A stretch of 64,000 bases of DNA, taken from the NCBI GenBank assembly GCA_963781525.1, contig CAWAGD010000003.1:14296-78295 (forward strand), given 5' to 3'. Every line of letters starts with the position of its first letter. Position 1 is the first letter of the stretch. The notes under the pieces are model-generated. The model saw nothing but the letters and a program-made list of their open reading frames with translations. It searched no databases and had not been told where the DNA came from. Below are positions 1 to 9,893 of the stretch, one piece after another. The stretch comes from an uncultured Alphaproteobacteria bacterium (lineage in GTDB: Bacteria; Pseudomonadota; Alphaproteobacteria; Sphingomonadales; Sphingomonadaceae). A program made the translations under genes and the position numbers.

Positions 1-421
1 CGTCCTCCCCGGCAATGCGCTTGGCGGGAATCATCGCGCGCTGTTGATCGCTAAGCTGCGCCTCGCCGACGTACGCCAGCCAGAACCGCAGCGTGGCGAT
101 GTTGGGTTCGTGGTTGTACTGCTCGAAAAACATCCACCGCAGCATGTCGGCGCGATCGAACCGCTCGACGGGGATCAGCGCGCTGCCTTCGGCCAGATAC
201 CAGCACGCGGCGTTGCTTTCGGGCAGGAAGCGGCTCCCCTCCTGCAGCACCGGAATACGGCCGTTGGCGTTGACGTTCGCCACGAACTCAGGGGTCCGCG
301 TCTCGCCATTCATGATTGCGTACTGCCGAATTTGGAGCGGAATACCGAGCAGTCCCGCGGTCAGCTTGATCTTGTAGCAATTGCCGCTGAGCGGGTCTTC
401 GTGAAGGATGAGATCAACCAC
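1..421 (-). CDS. glutathione S-transferase family protein (partial; C-terminus runs off the left edge)
   Basis: Hand translation of the minus strand gives VVDLILHEDPLSGNCYKIKLTAGLLGIPLQ..ETRTPEFVANVNANGRIPVLQEGSRFLPESNAACWYLAEGS..RADMLRWMFFEQYNHEP, a typical GST N-terminal fold. The GTG start at 421-419 overlaps the upstream stop (GTGGTTGA). It is absent from the ORF track because there is no in-window stop. Confidence 0.6.
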   Translation of the reverse strand, partial: MVDLILHEDPLSGNCYKIKLTAGLLGIPLQIRQYAIMNGETRTPEFVANVNANGRIPVLQEGSRFLPESNAACWYLAEGSALIPVERFDRADMLRWMFFEQYNHEPNIATLRFWLAYVGEAQLSDQQRAMIPAKRIAGED

Positions 422-1424
422 CAGCAACCTCGAGCACGATCTTGCCGATGTGATCGCCGGCTTCCATCCGGGCGTGCGCGGCGGCGGCTTCGGCGAGCGG
501 GAAGGTCTGGTCCATTACCGGGCGGATCGTGCCGTCGACGATCAGCGGCCACGCGGTGGCGACGATCTCGTCGGCGAGCAATCCCTTGAACTCGGCAGAA
601 CGCGCGCGCAGCGTCGAGCCGGTCAGCATCAGCCGCTTGCGCATCACCAGCGCCATGTCGATCGTCGCCTTGAGCCCGCCGAGCACCGCGATGGTCACGT
701 GGCGGCCGTCTTCGGCAAGGCAGGCGAGGTTGCGCGGCACGTAATCGCCCGACACCATGTCGAGCACGATATTGACGCCCTTGCCGCCGGTAAAAGTCTT
801 CACTTCCTGCACGAAGTCTTCGCTTTTGTAGTCGATCGCCCGGTCCGCGCCGAGTGCGCGCGCAGCATCGCACTTGCCGCTCGATCCGGCGGTGGTGATC
901 ACGGTCAACCCGAACGCCTTGGCGAGCATGATCGCCATCGTGCCGATCCCGCTGGTGCCGCCGTGGACCAGCAGCGTCTCGCCTTCGCGAGCATAGCCGC
1001 GCTCGAACACGTTGTGCCACACGGTGAACAGCGTTTCGGGCAGCGCCGCGGCGTCGGCGAGTGACAAGCCTTGGGGGACGGCGAGACAATGGCGGATATC
1101 GGCGGTGCAGTATTCGGCATAGCCGCCACCCGAAACCAGCGCGCAGACTTTCTGTCCCAGCATCTCGCGCCCGACGCCCTCTCCGAGCGCGACGATCTCG
1201 CCGGCGATCTCGAGCCCCGGAATAGGCGAAGCGCCCGGAGGCGCCGGATAGAAGCCCTGCCGCTGGATCACGTCGGGCCGGTTGATCCCCGCGAACGCGA
1301 CCCGGATCAGCACCTCGCCCGCGCGCGGCTGAGGCACCGGCAGAGCCTCCGGCCGGAACACATCGGGACCCCCGGGCGCATCAAAGCCCATCGCGGTCAT
1401 CGTCTCGGGAAGCCTTGCGGCCAT
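414..1424 (-). CDS. qor: NAD(P)H:quinone oxidoreductase (zinc-type alcohol dehydrogenase/MDR superfamily)
   Basis: 336-aa ORF with GEVLIRVAFAGINRPDVIQRQGFYPAPPGASPIPGLEIAGEIVALG and the nucleotide-binding stretch LLVHGGTSGIGTMAI. An AGGGG RBS lies 7 nt before the ATG. Confidence 0.85.
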   Translation of the reverse strand: MAARLPETMTAMGFDAPGGPDVFRPEALPVPQPRAGEVLIRVAFAGINRPDVIQRQGFYPAPPGASPIPGLEIAGEIVALGEGVGREMLGQKVCALVSGGGYAEYCTADIRHCLAVPQGLSLADAAALPETLFTVWHNVFERGYAREGETLLVHGGTSGIGTMAIMLAKAFGLTVITTAGSSGKCDAARALGADRAIDYKSEDFVQEVKTFTGGKGVNIVLDMVSGDYVPRNLACLAEDGRHVTIAVLGGLKATIDMALVMRKRLMLTGSTLRARSAEFKGLLADEIVATAWPLIVDGTIRPVMDQTFPLAEAAAAHARMEAGDHIGKIVLEVAGG

Positions 1425-1516
1425 GCGTGCACCCCTGTTGCGCGAAAGCGACAGCGCCCTGCGGCGGCTGTGCGCCTAGCCCCGCCGCCCATTGACAGCA
1501 AGCGCGCCGCCTTGCG

Positions 1517-1732
1517 ATGCTGTCCCCCATGGACGAAGATGACCGTCCCCGCCCGGTAGGTGACGCGGCGAGCCTCCTCGCGAAGGAGGATCTTTCGCCC
1601 TATTCGCAAGGCGAGCTGATCGAACGGATCGCGCTGCTCGAAGCCGAGATATCGCGCATCCGGGCCCATCATTCAAAGGTCGCGGCGCACCGGAGCGCCG
1701 CCGACGCATTGTTCGGATCACCAAAATCGTGA
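1517..1732 (+). CDS. DUF1192 domain-containing protein
   Basis: 71-aa ORF with DLSPYSQGELIERIALLEAEISRIRA, the coiled-coil signature of the alphaproteobacterial DUF1192 family. The start could instead be the ATG at 1529. Confidence 0.65.
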   Translation: MLSPMDEDDRPRPVGDAASLLAKEDLSPYSQGELIERIALLEAEISRIRAHHSKVAAHRSAADALFGSPKS

Positions 1733-1743
1733 CCCGCCGTGGC

Positions 1744-1772
1744 CTCGAATTTTCGCCAGGCCATTCCCATAT
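1744..1772 (+). promoter_or_regulatory. candidate sigma-32 (RpoH) type promoter upstream of clpA
   Basis: CTCGAA (1744-1749), a 16-nt spacer, then CCCATAT (1766-1772). Compare CTTGAA-N13-17-CCCCATNT. It lies about 105 nt upstream of the clpA ATG. This is a motif match only. Confidence 0.3.
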
Positions 1773-1878
1773 CGGTGGCGAGCCGCTCCCCGGCAGAAGG
1801 CGTAAAAGCGCCGTTAACCATATCCGCTCATATTCCCTCGCAAGCTCCGGCTAGCGAGTCTCAGCGAAAGTCACACGA

Positions 1879-4255
1879 ATGCCCAGTTTCGCCCAGAACC
1901 TCGAAAAGACCCTCCACGGCGCGCTCGCGGGTGCGTCCGAGCGGCGCCACGAATATGCCACGCTCGAGCATTTGCTGCTCGCGCTGATCGACGACGAGGA
2001 CGCGGCCCAGGTGATGGCCGCGTGCGGAGTCGATGTCGCCGAACTGGGCGAAGTGGTCCGCCGCTACCTCGACGAGGAATACCAGAAGCTCGAAACCGCC
2101 GACGATGCCGATCCGCAGCCCACCGCCGGGTTCCAGCGGGTCATCCAGCGGGCAATCCTGCACGTGCAGTCATCGGGCAAGGACACCGTTACCGGCGCCA
2201 ACGTGCTGGTGGCGCTGTTTTCCGAACGCGACAGCTACGCGGTCTATTTCCTGCAGCAGCAGGACATGAGCCGCTTGGATGCGGTGAGCTTCATCAGCCA
2301 CGGCATCGGCAAGGGTGGCAAGCAAATCGAATCGAAGACCCCGCAAGGCTCGGGCGAGAGCGACGGTCAGCCGCAGGACAAGAGCGATCCAAAGAGCAGC
2401 GGCAAGGACGCGAGCGCGCTCGACCAGTTCACCGTCAACCTCAACGAAAAAGCCAAGAAGGGCAAAGTCGATCCGCTGATCGGCCGCGGGCCCGAAGTCG
2501 ACCGGACGATCCAGATTCTCTGTCGCCGGTCGAAGAACAACCCGCTTTATGTGGGCGATCCGGGCGTCGGCAAGACCGCCATCGCCGAAGGCCTCGCGCG
2601 CAAGATCGTCGAGGGCGAAGTGCCCGAGGTGCTCGAGAACGCGGTCATTTACAGCCTCGACATGGGCGCTTTGCTCGCCGGCACGCGCTATCGCGGCGAC
2701 TTCGAGGAACGATTGAAGCAGGTCGTCACCGAACTTGAAAAGATGCCCGAGGCGGTGCTGTTCATCGACGAAATCCACACGGTGATCGGCGCTGGCGCGA
2801 CCAGCGGCGGGGCGATGGATGCTTCGAACCTGCTCAAGCCGGCGCTGTCCGGCGGGACGATCCGCTGCATCGGCTCGACCACCTACAAGGAATTTCGCAA
2901 CCATTTCGAAAAGGACCGGGCGTTGCTGCGCCGGTTCCAGAAGATCGACGTCAACGAACCGACGGTAGAGGACACGATCAAGATCCTCAAAGGCCTGCGC
3001 ACCGCGTTCGAGGATCACCATAAGGTCAAGTACACGCCCGAGGCGATCAAGACCGCGGTCGAGCTGTCGGCGCGCTACATCAACGACCGCAAGCTGCCCG
3101 ACAAGGCGATCGACGTGATCGACGAGGTCGGCGCGATGCAGATGCTGGTCCCGCCGTCCAAGCGGAAGCGCAAGATCACCGCGCGCGAGATCGAGCAGGT
3201 CATCGCGACGATGGCGCGCATTCCGCCCAAGTCGGTGTCGAGCGACGACAAGAAGGCACTCGAGCACCTCGAGCGCGACCTCAAGCAGGTCGTCTACGGC
3301 CAGGACGCGGCGGTCAAGAAGCTGTCGACGGCGATGAAGCTCAGCCGTGCGGGCCTGCGCGATCCGGACAAGCCGATCGGATCGTTCCTCTTTTCCGGCC
3401 CCACCGGCGTCGGCAAGACCGAGGTCGCGCGTCAGCTTGCTTCGCATCATGGGCATCCCGCTGCAGCGGTTCGACATGTCGGAATACATGGAGCGCCACT
3501 CGGTCAGCCGCCTGATCGGTGCGCCTCCGGGCTATGTCGGGTACGACCAGGGCGGTCTGCTGACCGACGCGGTCGACCAGCAGCCGCATGCGGTCCTGCT
3601 GCTCGACGAGATCGAGAAGGCGCACCCCGATCTGTTCGGCATCCTGCTGCAAGTGATGGATAACGGCCGCCTGACCGATCACCACGGCAAGACGGTCGAT
3701 TTCCGCAACATCGTGCTGATCATGACCACCAACGCCGGCGCGTCCGACATGGCCAGCCAGGGCATCGGCTTCGGCGACGTGAGCAAGGAAGACGCGCAGG
3801 AAGAAGCGGTGAAGCGCATGTTCACCCCCGAATTCCGCAACCGCCTCGATGCGATCGTGCCGTTTACCTATCTCGGCCGCGAGACCGTGGCGCGGGTGGT
3901 CGACAAGTTCATCCTCCAGCTCGAGCTCCAGCTGGCGGACCAGAACGTGCACATCCAGTTCGACAGCGAGGCGCGCGCCTGGCTGTCCGAAAAGGGCTAC
4001 GACAAGCTCTACGGCGCGCGGCCGATGAGCCGCCTGATCCAGGAAAAGATCAAGCAGCCGCTCGCCGAGGAACTGCTGTTCGGCAAGCTGTCCGACGGCG
4101 GAGAGGTGCATGTCAGCGTGAAGGACGGCGGGCCGTCATTCGAACTGACCCCGGCGCCGCCCAAGGTGAAGGCGGCGAAGAAGAAAAAGCCTGTCTCGAA
4201 AAAGGCCAAGCCTGAGACCGAAGCCAGCGAGGACGTGGACAAGACCGGGGGCTGA
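1879..4255 (+). pseudogene. clpA: ATP-dependent Clp protease ATP-binding subunit ClpA, interrupted by a single-base frame break near 3445 as sequenced
   Basis: Two ORF-track pieces in different frames (1879..3663 and 3347..4255) together give a full ClpA. It has a Clp_N region, AAA-1 with GDPGVGKTA, and AAA-2 with GPTGVGKTEVARQLAS followed, after the break, by IMGIPLQRFDMSEYMERHSVSRLIGAPPGYVGYDQGG. The total length of 2377 nt is 3n+1. Removing c3445 (gct tcg C atc atg ggc) restores one 791-aa frame. Confidence 0.9.
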
Positions 4256-4263
4256 TCGACGAC

Positions 4264-4287
4264 GCCGGTCGATGCCTGTCGACCGGC
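4264..4287 (+). terminator. GC-rich hairpin just after the clpA stop (possible terminator)
   Basis: GCCGGTCGA (4264-4272), loop tgcctg, TCGACCGGC (4279-4287): a perfect 9-bp stem. There is no clear U-tract. Confidence 0.35.
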
Positions 4288-4361
4288 GATCGGGCGCGGT
4301 TGGATTGCCTCCCTGAATCTTATAGGGTTCGCCCGACACGGGATTTGGGGGTCCAACGAGG

Positions 4362-5294
4362 ATGAGTGTTCTGCAGGTCGAGGCGCTGACCAAGCGTTTC
4401 GCCGATGTGCTGGCAGTCGACGACCTCACCTTCGCGGTGGCGCCGGGCGAGATTTTTGGCTTCCTCGGTGGCAACGGCGCGGGCAAGACCACCACGCTGC
4501 GCATGGTGCTCGACATCATTCGGCCGACCTCGGGGCGGATCGAAGTACTCGGCGGCGGGCCCGATCGGCGCAACACCGCTGCGATCGGTTTCCTGCCCGA
4601 AGAACGCGGGCTCTACGGCAACATGAGCGCGATCGACGCGATCGTCTATTTCGGTCGGCTCAAGCGGATGGACCCGCGCGATGCGCGCACGCACGGGATG
4701 GAATTGCTCACTCGCTTCGACCTGGCCGACCGGGCCAAGGCGAAGATTTCCGAGATGTCGAAGGGCATGGCGCAGAAGGTCCAGCTTGCCACCGCGCTGG
4801 TCAACCGGCCCAAGCTGCTGATCCTCGACGAGCCGTTCTCGGGCCTCGATCCGGTCAACCAGGGCCTGCTCGAGGATGAAATTCTCGGCGCGTCGAAGAA
4901 TGGCGCTGCGGTGATATTCTCGACCCACGTGATGCAGCACGCCGAGCGGCTGTGCGACCGGCTGTTGCTGCTGCGCAAGGGCGGCAAGCGCTTCGAAGGC
5001 ACGCTCGACGAAGCGCGCGCGCAGCTTCCTGCCCATATCGACGTGATCGCCCCGGCGGGCATCACCGGTATCGAGGGCGTGGCCGAGGCGCGCAAAGGCG
5101 CCGATCTCGGCGGCGGCTGGAGCGAGTATTCGCTCGCGCTCGACCCGGGCGCGGAGGCGGGCGATGTGCTCCAGCGCTGCACCGCCAGCGGTTTGCCGCT
5201 GCGCCGGTTCGAGGAACGCCGCGCGACCTTGCATGACGTGTTCGTCCACCTTGTCGGCGCACCCGCAGAAATCCATGGGGAGACCGCCCGGTGA
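4362..5294 (+). CDS. ABC transporter ATP-binding protein (ABC-2/NatA-like)
   Basis: 310 aa with Walker A GGNGAGKTT, signature-like SKGMAQKV and Walker B LLILDEP. It overlaps the downstream permease gene by 4 nt. Confidence 0.9.
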   Translation: MSVLQVEALTKRFADVLAVDDLTFAVAPGEIFGFLGGNGAGKTTTLRMVLDIIRPTSGRIEVLGGGPDRRNTAAIGFLPEERGLYGNMSAIDAIVYFGRLKRMDPRDARTHGMELLTRFDLADRAKAKISEMSKGMAQKVQLATALVNRPKLLILDEPFSGLDPVNQGLLEDEILGASKNGAAVIFSTHVMQHAERLCDRLLLLRKGGKRFEGTLDEARAQLPAHIDVIAPAGITGIEGVAEARKGADLGGGWSEYSLALDPGAEAGDVLQRCTASGLPLRRFEERRATLHDVFVHLVGAPAEIHGETAR

Positions 5295-6802
5295 TCCGCA
5301 ACATCCTGCTCGTGGCGGGGCGCGAGTTCCGTCAGGTCATCGCGCTCAAGAGCTTCTGGCTGACGCTGTTGCTGATCCCGTTCGCGCTCGCTCTGGGACC
5401 GATCATCGGCGATTCGCTCGACGACGACGAAACGACAAGGGTGATCCTGATCGACCGCGCCGGAGGGACCGCGCGGTCGGCTCTCGAACAGCGCTTCGCG
5501 TTCGAGCATGACCAGCAGGTTCTCTCCGATCTGTCGCGCTATGTGCAGCGGCACGAACTGGAGAGAGCCGATCCGGCTGCGCCATGGGCGGTTCACGATC
5601 GCCTCTACACGCCTGCGGATGTCGCCGCGTTTCGCGCTGCGGGCGGGATCAAGGCCGCGCTTGCCAAGATCGGGCGCGTCAAGCCGGAGGAAACTCCTGC
5701 GTTCGAACCGGAATCCGCCGCATACTCCTTCGCCAGTCCGCCGCAAACGCTCGCCGATGCCGAGGGTCCCGCTCTCCAGGCCGAGGTCGACCGGCTGCTC
5801 AAGGCCGATGGAGACGATAACGATCCTGCGCCCGAAACCCGCCATGCCGACCTGATAGTGCTGATCGGCCCGGGCTACCCGGCCGATCCGACCGTACGCT
5901 TATGGGCCAATGAGCGGCCGCGTGACAGCTTTGTGACCCCGCTCCAGGATACCCTCACCGCCGATCTCAGGCAGCGCCTGCTCACCCGGGGCGGCCTGTC
6001 GCCGCAGGCCGCGCAAGCGATCCAGAGCGCTGCCCCCGCGATCGCGGTGACCACGCCTCCCCCCGGCGGCGGCGCCAGGGAAGCGATGCTGGTGCGTTCG
6101 ATCGTTCCGCTCGCGCTCGCCTACATCCTGATGATGGGCCTGATGCTGTCGGGCAGCTGGATGCTGCAGGGCTCGATCGAAGAACGCTCCAAGAAGCTGC
6201 TCGAATCGATCCTCGCATGCATCACGCCCGAGGAGCTGATGTACGGCAAACTGCTCGGCGCGCTGGCGATCGGCATGTCGATGCTGGCGGTCTGGATCGG
6301 GACCGGAGCGGCCGTAGCGTTTGCCACTCACGGCGCGATTGCCGACATGATCCGCCCCGCACTCGCCCCGGTGACTTCGCCCGGGGCGATCGCGACGCTG
6401 CTGTTCTTCTTCATCGCCGGCTACATGGCGATCTCGATCATCTTCGTCGCGATCGGCGCGATGGCCGATTCGATGAGCGAGGCGCAGGGGTACCTGATGC
6501 CGGTGCTGCTGGGCATTCTGCTGCCGGTCACATTCCTGATGCAGGCGATCATCGCCGGCAACAGCGGGCCGATGGTGCAAGTGCTGACATGGGTGCCGAT
6601 ATGGACCCCGTTCGCCGTCCTCGCGCGGCTCGGTCTCGGTATTCCGACGCTCGAACTGCTAGGCGCGGGTGCGGTGCTGACAGCCTTCATCGTCCTCGAG
6701 GTCGTCTTCCTCGGCCGCCTGTTCCGCGCCAGCCTCCTCGCGCAGGGGCAGAAGCCCGGGCTCAAGCAGTTGATCGAGCGGCTGCGCCCCGTCGCGGAAT
6801 AA
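5291..6802 (+). CDS. ABC-2 type transporter permease (NatB-like)
   Basis: 503 aa with an N-terminal TM helix, a long soluble loop and a C-terminal cluster of hydrophobic helices (IVPLALAYILMMGLMLSG.., LLFFFIAGYMAISIIFVAIGA..). It is translationally coupled to the ATPase gene. Confidence 0.8.
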   Translation: MIRNILLVAGREFRQVIALKSFWLTLLLIPFALALGPIIGDSLDDDETTRVILIDRAGGTARSALEQRFAFEHDQQVLSDLSRYVQRHELERADPAAPWAVHDRLYTPADVAAFRAAGGIKAALAKIGRVKPEETPAFEPESAAYSFASPPQTLADAEGPALQAEVDRLLKADGDDNDPAPETRHADLIVLIGPGYPADPTVRLWANERPRDSFVTPLQDTLTADLRQRLLTRGGLSPQAAQAIQSAAPAIAVTTPPPGGGAREAMLVRSIVPLALAYILMMGLMLSGSWMLQGSIEERSKKLLESILACITPEELMYGKLLGALAIGMSMLAVWIGTGAAVAFATHGAIADMIRPALAPVTSPGAIATLLFFFIAGYMAISIIFVAIGAMADSMSEAQGYLMPVLLGILLPVTFLMQAIIAGNSGPMVQVLTWVPIWTPFAVLARLGLGIPTLELLGAGAVLTAFIVLEVVFLGRLFRASLLAQGQKPGLKQLIERLRPVAE

Positions 6803-6857
6803 GGTGCCTGAATAGCCCTTTCGGGAACGCCTGACCGCGCGCGAGCTTGAATCGCTC

Positions 6858-7862
6858 GTGCGCCCGCCCTTTTCCTGGATCAGGCCCGAACCGTGGGGCA
6901 TTCACGTCGTGCCGGCGGACACCTGGATCGACCCGTCGCGCCCGGTCGACCGCGCGCTGGTGACCCACGGCCACGCCGATCACGCGCGGGGCGGCCACGG
7001 CCAGTCGATCGCCACCCCCGAAACGCTGGCGATCATGGACCTGCGCTACCAGACCCGCGAAGGCGCGACGCCGGTGGCCTATGGCGAGACCATCCGGCTG
7101 AAGGGCGGGGTCGATGCGACGTTCGTTCCCGCCGGTCACGTTCTCGGCAGCGCGCAAATCCTGCTCGAGCATGCCGGCGAACGGGTGGTCGTCACCGGCG
7201 ACTACAAGCGGCGGCCCGACCCGACCTGCCCGCCGTTCGAGGTGACCCCGTGCGACATCTTCGTCACCGAGGCGACCTTCGGACTGCCGCTGTTTTGCCA
7301 TCCGCCGATCGAGGCCGAGATCGCCAAGCTCACCGACCGGCTCGCCGCGCATCCCGATCGCTGCGTTCTGGTCGGCGCCTACGCGCTGGGCAAGGCGCAG
7401 CGGGTGATCGCCGAGCTGCGGCGCGCCGGGCACGACCGCCCGATCTATCTCCACGGCGCGATGGAACGGATGTGCCGCCTTTACGAGGAGTTCGGCGTGC
7501 CGCTGGGTGAGCTACGTCTGGTTAGCGATGCGACCAAGGACGAGATGCGCGGGCAGATCGTCGTCTCACCGCCGGGCGCGCTCAATGATCGCTGGAGCCG
7601 GCGCCTGCCCGATCCGATTACAGCGATGGCATCGGGCTGGATGCGCGTTCGCCAGCGAGCCCGCCAGCGCAACGTCGAGCTGCCGCTGGTCATTTCCGAC
7701 CATGCGGACTGGGGCGAGCTTACCCGCACGGTCGAGGAAGTGAACCCTGCCGAAACCTGGATCACCCACGGCCGCGAAGAGGCGCTGCTACGCTGGCACC
7801 AGCTTCACCAGCGCCGTGCGCGCGCGCTGGCGCTGGTCGGGTACGAGGACGAGGATGACTGA
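6858..7862 (+). CDS. ligase-associated DNA damage response exonuclease (metallo-beta-lactamase/beta-CASP fold)
   Basis: 334 aa with the VTHGHADHARGGHG motif. Its length and its position next to an ATP-dependent ligase match the Exo member of the ligase-associated gene set. Confidence 0.8.
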   Translation: MRPPFSWIRPEPWGIHVVPADTWIDPSRPVDRALVTHGHADHARGGHGQSIATPETLAIMDLRYQTREGATPVAYGETIRLKGGVDATFVPAGHVLGSAQILLEHAGERVVVTGDYKRRPDPTCPPFEVTPCDIFVTEATFGLPLFCHPPIEAEIAKLTDRLAAHPDRCVLVGAYALGKAQRVIAELRRAGHDRPIYLHGAMERMCRLYEEFGVPLGELRLVSDATKDEMRGQIVVSPPGALNDRWSRRLPDPITAMASGWMRVRQRARQRNVELPLVISDHADWGELTRTVEEVNPAETWITHGREEALLRWHQLHQRRARALALVGYEDEDD

Positions 7863-7893
7863 GCGCCTTCGCCCCTGCTTACGTCACCCCGGT

Positions 7894-8196
7894 TTACTTC
7901 ACCGCGGCGAGATCGGCTTCGACCTTGGCAAGCGCCTCGGCGGTCAGCTTGTCAGGCGCCATCGACGACAGCTGGCGCAAGGTCATGCCCTTGAACATCT
8001 CGTACTGCGCATGCGTCGTGACGCCGGGCAGGTCGGTATCCAGCACGGCCTTGCCGGCGGCGTCGGCGACGATCGCTTCGACCGGAGTGTCGAGCGACAG
8101 GCGCGCAGGCGCTGCCTGGGCGGCGGGCGCGGTGTCGGCAGCCTGAGCCGAAACGGAAACGAGCGCCAAAGCGGCAGCGGCAAGAACGGTACGCAT
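7894..8196 (-). CDS. hypothetical small secreted protein
   Basis: 100 aa with signal peptide MRTVLAAAALALVSVSAQA followed by an Ala-rich mature part. A GGAG lies about 12 nt before the ATG. It sits on the opposite strand between the exonuclease and ligase genes. I do not recognise a family. Confidence 0.5.
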   Translation of the reverse strand: MRTVLAAAALALVSVSAQAADTAPAAQAAPARLSLDTPVEAIVADAAGKAVLDTDLPGVTTHAQYEMFKGMTLRQLSSMAPDKLTAEALAKVEADLAAVK

Positions 8197-8280
8197 GACG
8201 GGAAATTCTCCTCGAGCGATCCCGGACGCCGAACGCGCGGGCCTGGCTGCGCTTTATCGCGGCCGGTGGCCGCTGCCTAG

Positions 8281-9873
8281 ATGGAAGAATTTGCCGCCCT
8301 GATCGACGCGCTGGTCTATACTCGCAGCCGCAACGAGAAGCTGCGGTTGATCGCCGAGTACTTGCGCGCCACCCCTGATCCCGACCGCGGCTGGGCGCTC
8401 TCCGCACTGACCGACGGCCTCGACTTTCCCGCGGTCAAATCAAGCACCATCCGCAATTTGCTGATGGAGCGGGTCGACCCGGTCCTGTGGACGCTGAGCC
8501 GCGACTTCGTCGGCGACACCGCCGAAACCGCCAGCCTCCTGTGGCCCGCTCCCGACACCCACCCCGCGCCGCCGAGCGTCTCGGAAACGGTCGATTTGCT
8601 GTCGGCAATGACCCGCAAGTCGGTCCTTACCGAGCTGCCGGCCTTGCTCGACCGGCTGGATCCCTCGGGCCGCTATGCGCTGCTCAAGCTCGCGACCGGC
8701 GCCATGCGGATCGGCATTTCCAGCCGACTTGCCAAGGTCGCCTTCGCGCAGGCCTTCGATGTCACGGTCGAGGAGGTGGAGGAGCACTGGCACGGCCTGT
8801 CGCCGCCTTATGAGCCCCTGTTCAATTGGGCGGCGCACGGCCACGATGCGCCCGATACCGCCAACATGCCAACCTTCCGCCCGTTCATGCTGGCGCACCC
8901 GCTCGAAGAGACGGTGGTCGACCTCGCCGACTACGCGGCCGAGTGGAAGTGGGACGGCATCCGCGTGCAACTGGTCCGGATGGGGGGCGAAACGCGGCTC
9001 TATTCGCGCGGCGGGGACGATATCTCGGGTACGTTTCCCGAACTGCTCGATATCCTGCCGATGGACGCGGTGCTCGACGGCGAGTTGCTCGTGCGCGGCA
9101 GTCATCAGGGCGGAGAAGCAGGCGGCGCGGCGAGCTTCAACGCGCTGCAGCAGCGGCTGGGGCGCAAGGTCGTCGCCAGGAAGATGCTGGCCGAATACCC
9201 CGCGTTCGTGCGGCTCTACGACGTGCTGATCCTCGAAGGGGCCGACTTGCGCGAGCGGCCGTGGTCAGATCGGCGCAAGGTTCTCGAAGCGCTCATGCCA
9301 CGCCTACCTGCCTCGCACTTCGACCTCAGCCAGGTGGTCGAGGCGATCGACTTCGACCAGCTGTCCGAAATCCGCGCCGGCGCGCGTGACGACGCGATCG
9401 AGGGACTGATGCTCAAGCGCCGCGATTCGCCGTACATCGCCGGGCGCAAGACCGGGCTGTGGTACAAGTGGAAGCGCGATCCGCTGCTGATCGATTGCGT
9501 GCTGATGTACGCCCAGCGCGGCAGCGGCAAACGGTCGAGCTTCTATTCCGACTACACGTTCGGCTGCTGGGACGGCGACCCCGACGCGGGCGCCGAACTG
9601 CTGCCGGTGGGCAAGGCCTACTCGGGTTTCACCGACGAGGAGCTGAAGAAGATCGACCGCCATGTGCGCACGCACACCGTCAATCGCTTCGGCCCGGTCC
9701 GCGAGACCGACCGCAGCCTGGTGTTCGAGCTGGCGTTCGATTCGGTTCACGAAAGCAAGCGCCACAAGTCGGGCCTCGCGATGCGCTTCCCGCGCGTCCA
9801 CCGCGTACGGTGGGACAAGCCGCCGCACGAGGCTGACCGGATCGACGCGCTGAAGGCGTTGATCAGGGACTGA
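8281..9873 (+). CDS. ATP-dependent DNA ligase (ligase-associated DNA damage response type)
   Basis: 530 aa with adenylation motif I EWKWDGIRVQ. It also has LDGELLV, EGLMLKRRDSPY and the C-terminal OB region LRFPRVHRVRWDKP. Confidence 0.9.
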   Translation: MEEFAALIDALVYTRSRNEKLRLIAEYLRATPDPDRGWALSALTDGLDFPAVKSSTIRNLLMERVDPVLWTLSRDFVGDTAETASLLWPAPDTHPAPPSVSETVDLLSAMTRKSVLTELPALLDRLDPSGRYALLKLATGAMRIGISSRLAKVAFAQAFDVTVEEVEEHWHGLSPPYEPLFNWAAHGHDAPDTANMPTFRPFMLAHPLEETVVDLADYAAEWKWDGIRVQLVRMGGETRLYSRGGDDISGTFPELLDILPMDAVLDGELLVRGSHQGGEAGGAASFNALQQRLGRKVVARKMLAEYPAFVRLYDVLILEGADLRERPWSDRRKVLEALMPRLPASHFDLSQVVEAIDFDQLSEIRAGARDDAIEGLMLKRRDSPYIAGRKTGLWYKWKRDPLLIDCVLMYAQRGSGKRSSFYSDYTFGCWDGDPDAGAELLPVGKAYSGFTDEELKKIDRHVRTHTVNRFGPVRETDRSLVFELAFDSVHESKRHKSGLAMRFPRVHRVRWDKPPHEADRIDALKALIRD

Positions 9874-9893
9874 GCGCGGTCTACGCGCCGGCT

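Noticed and set aside
3439-3451. Programmed ribosomal frameshift in clpA
   Set aside because: There is no slippery heptamer, no downstream stimulatory structure that I can see, and no precedent for clpA. A simple extra base explains it.
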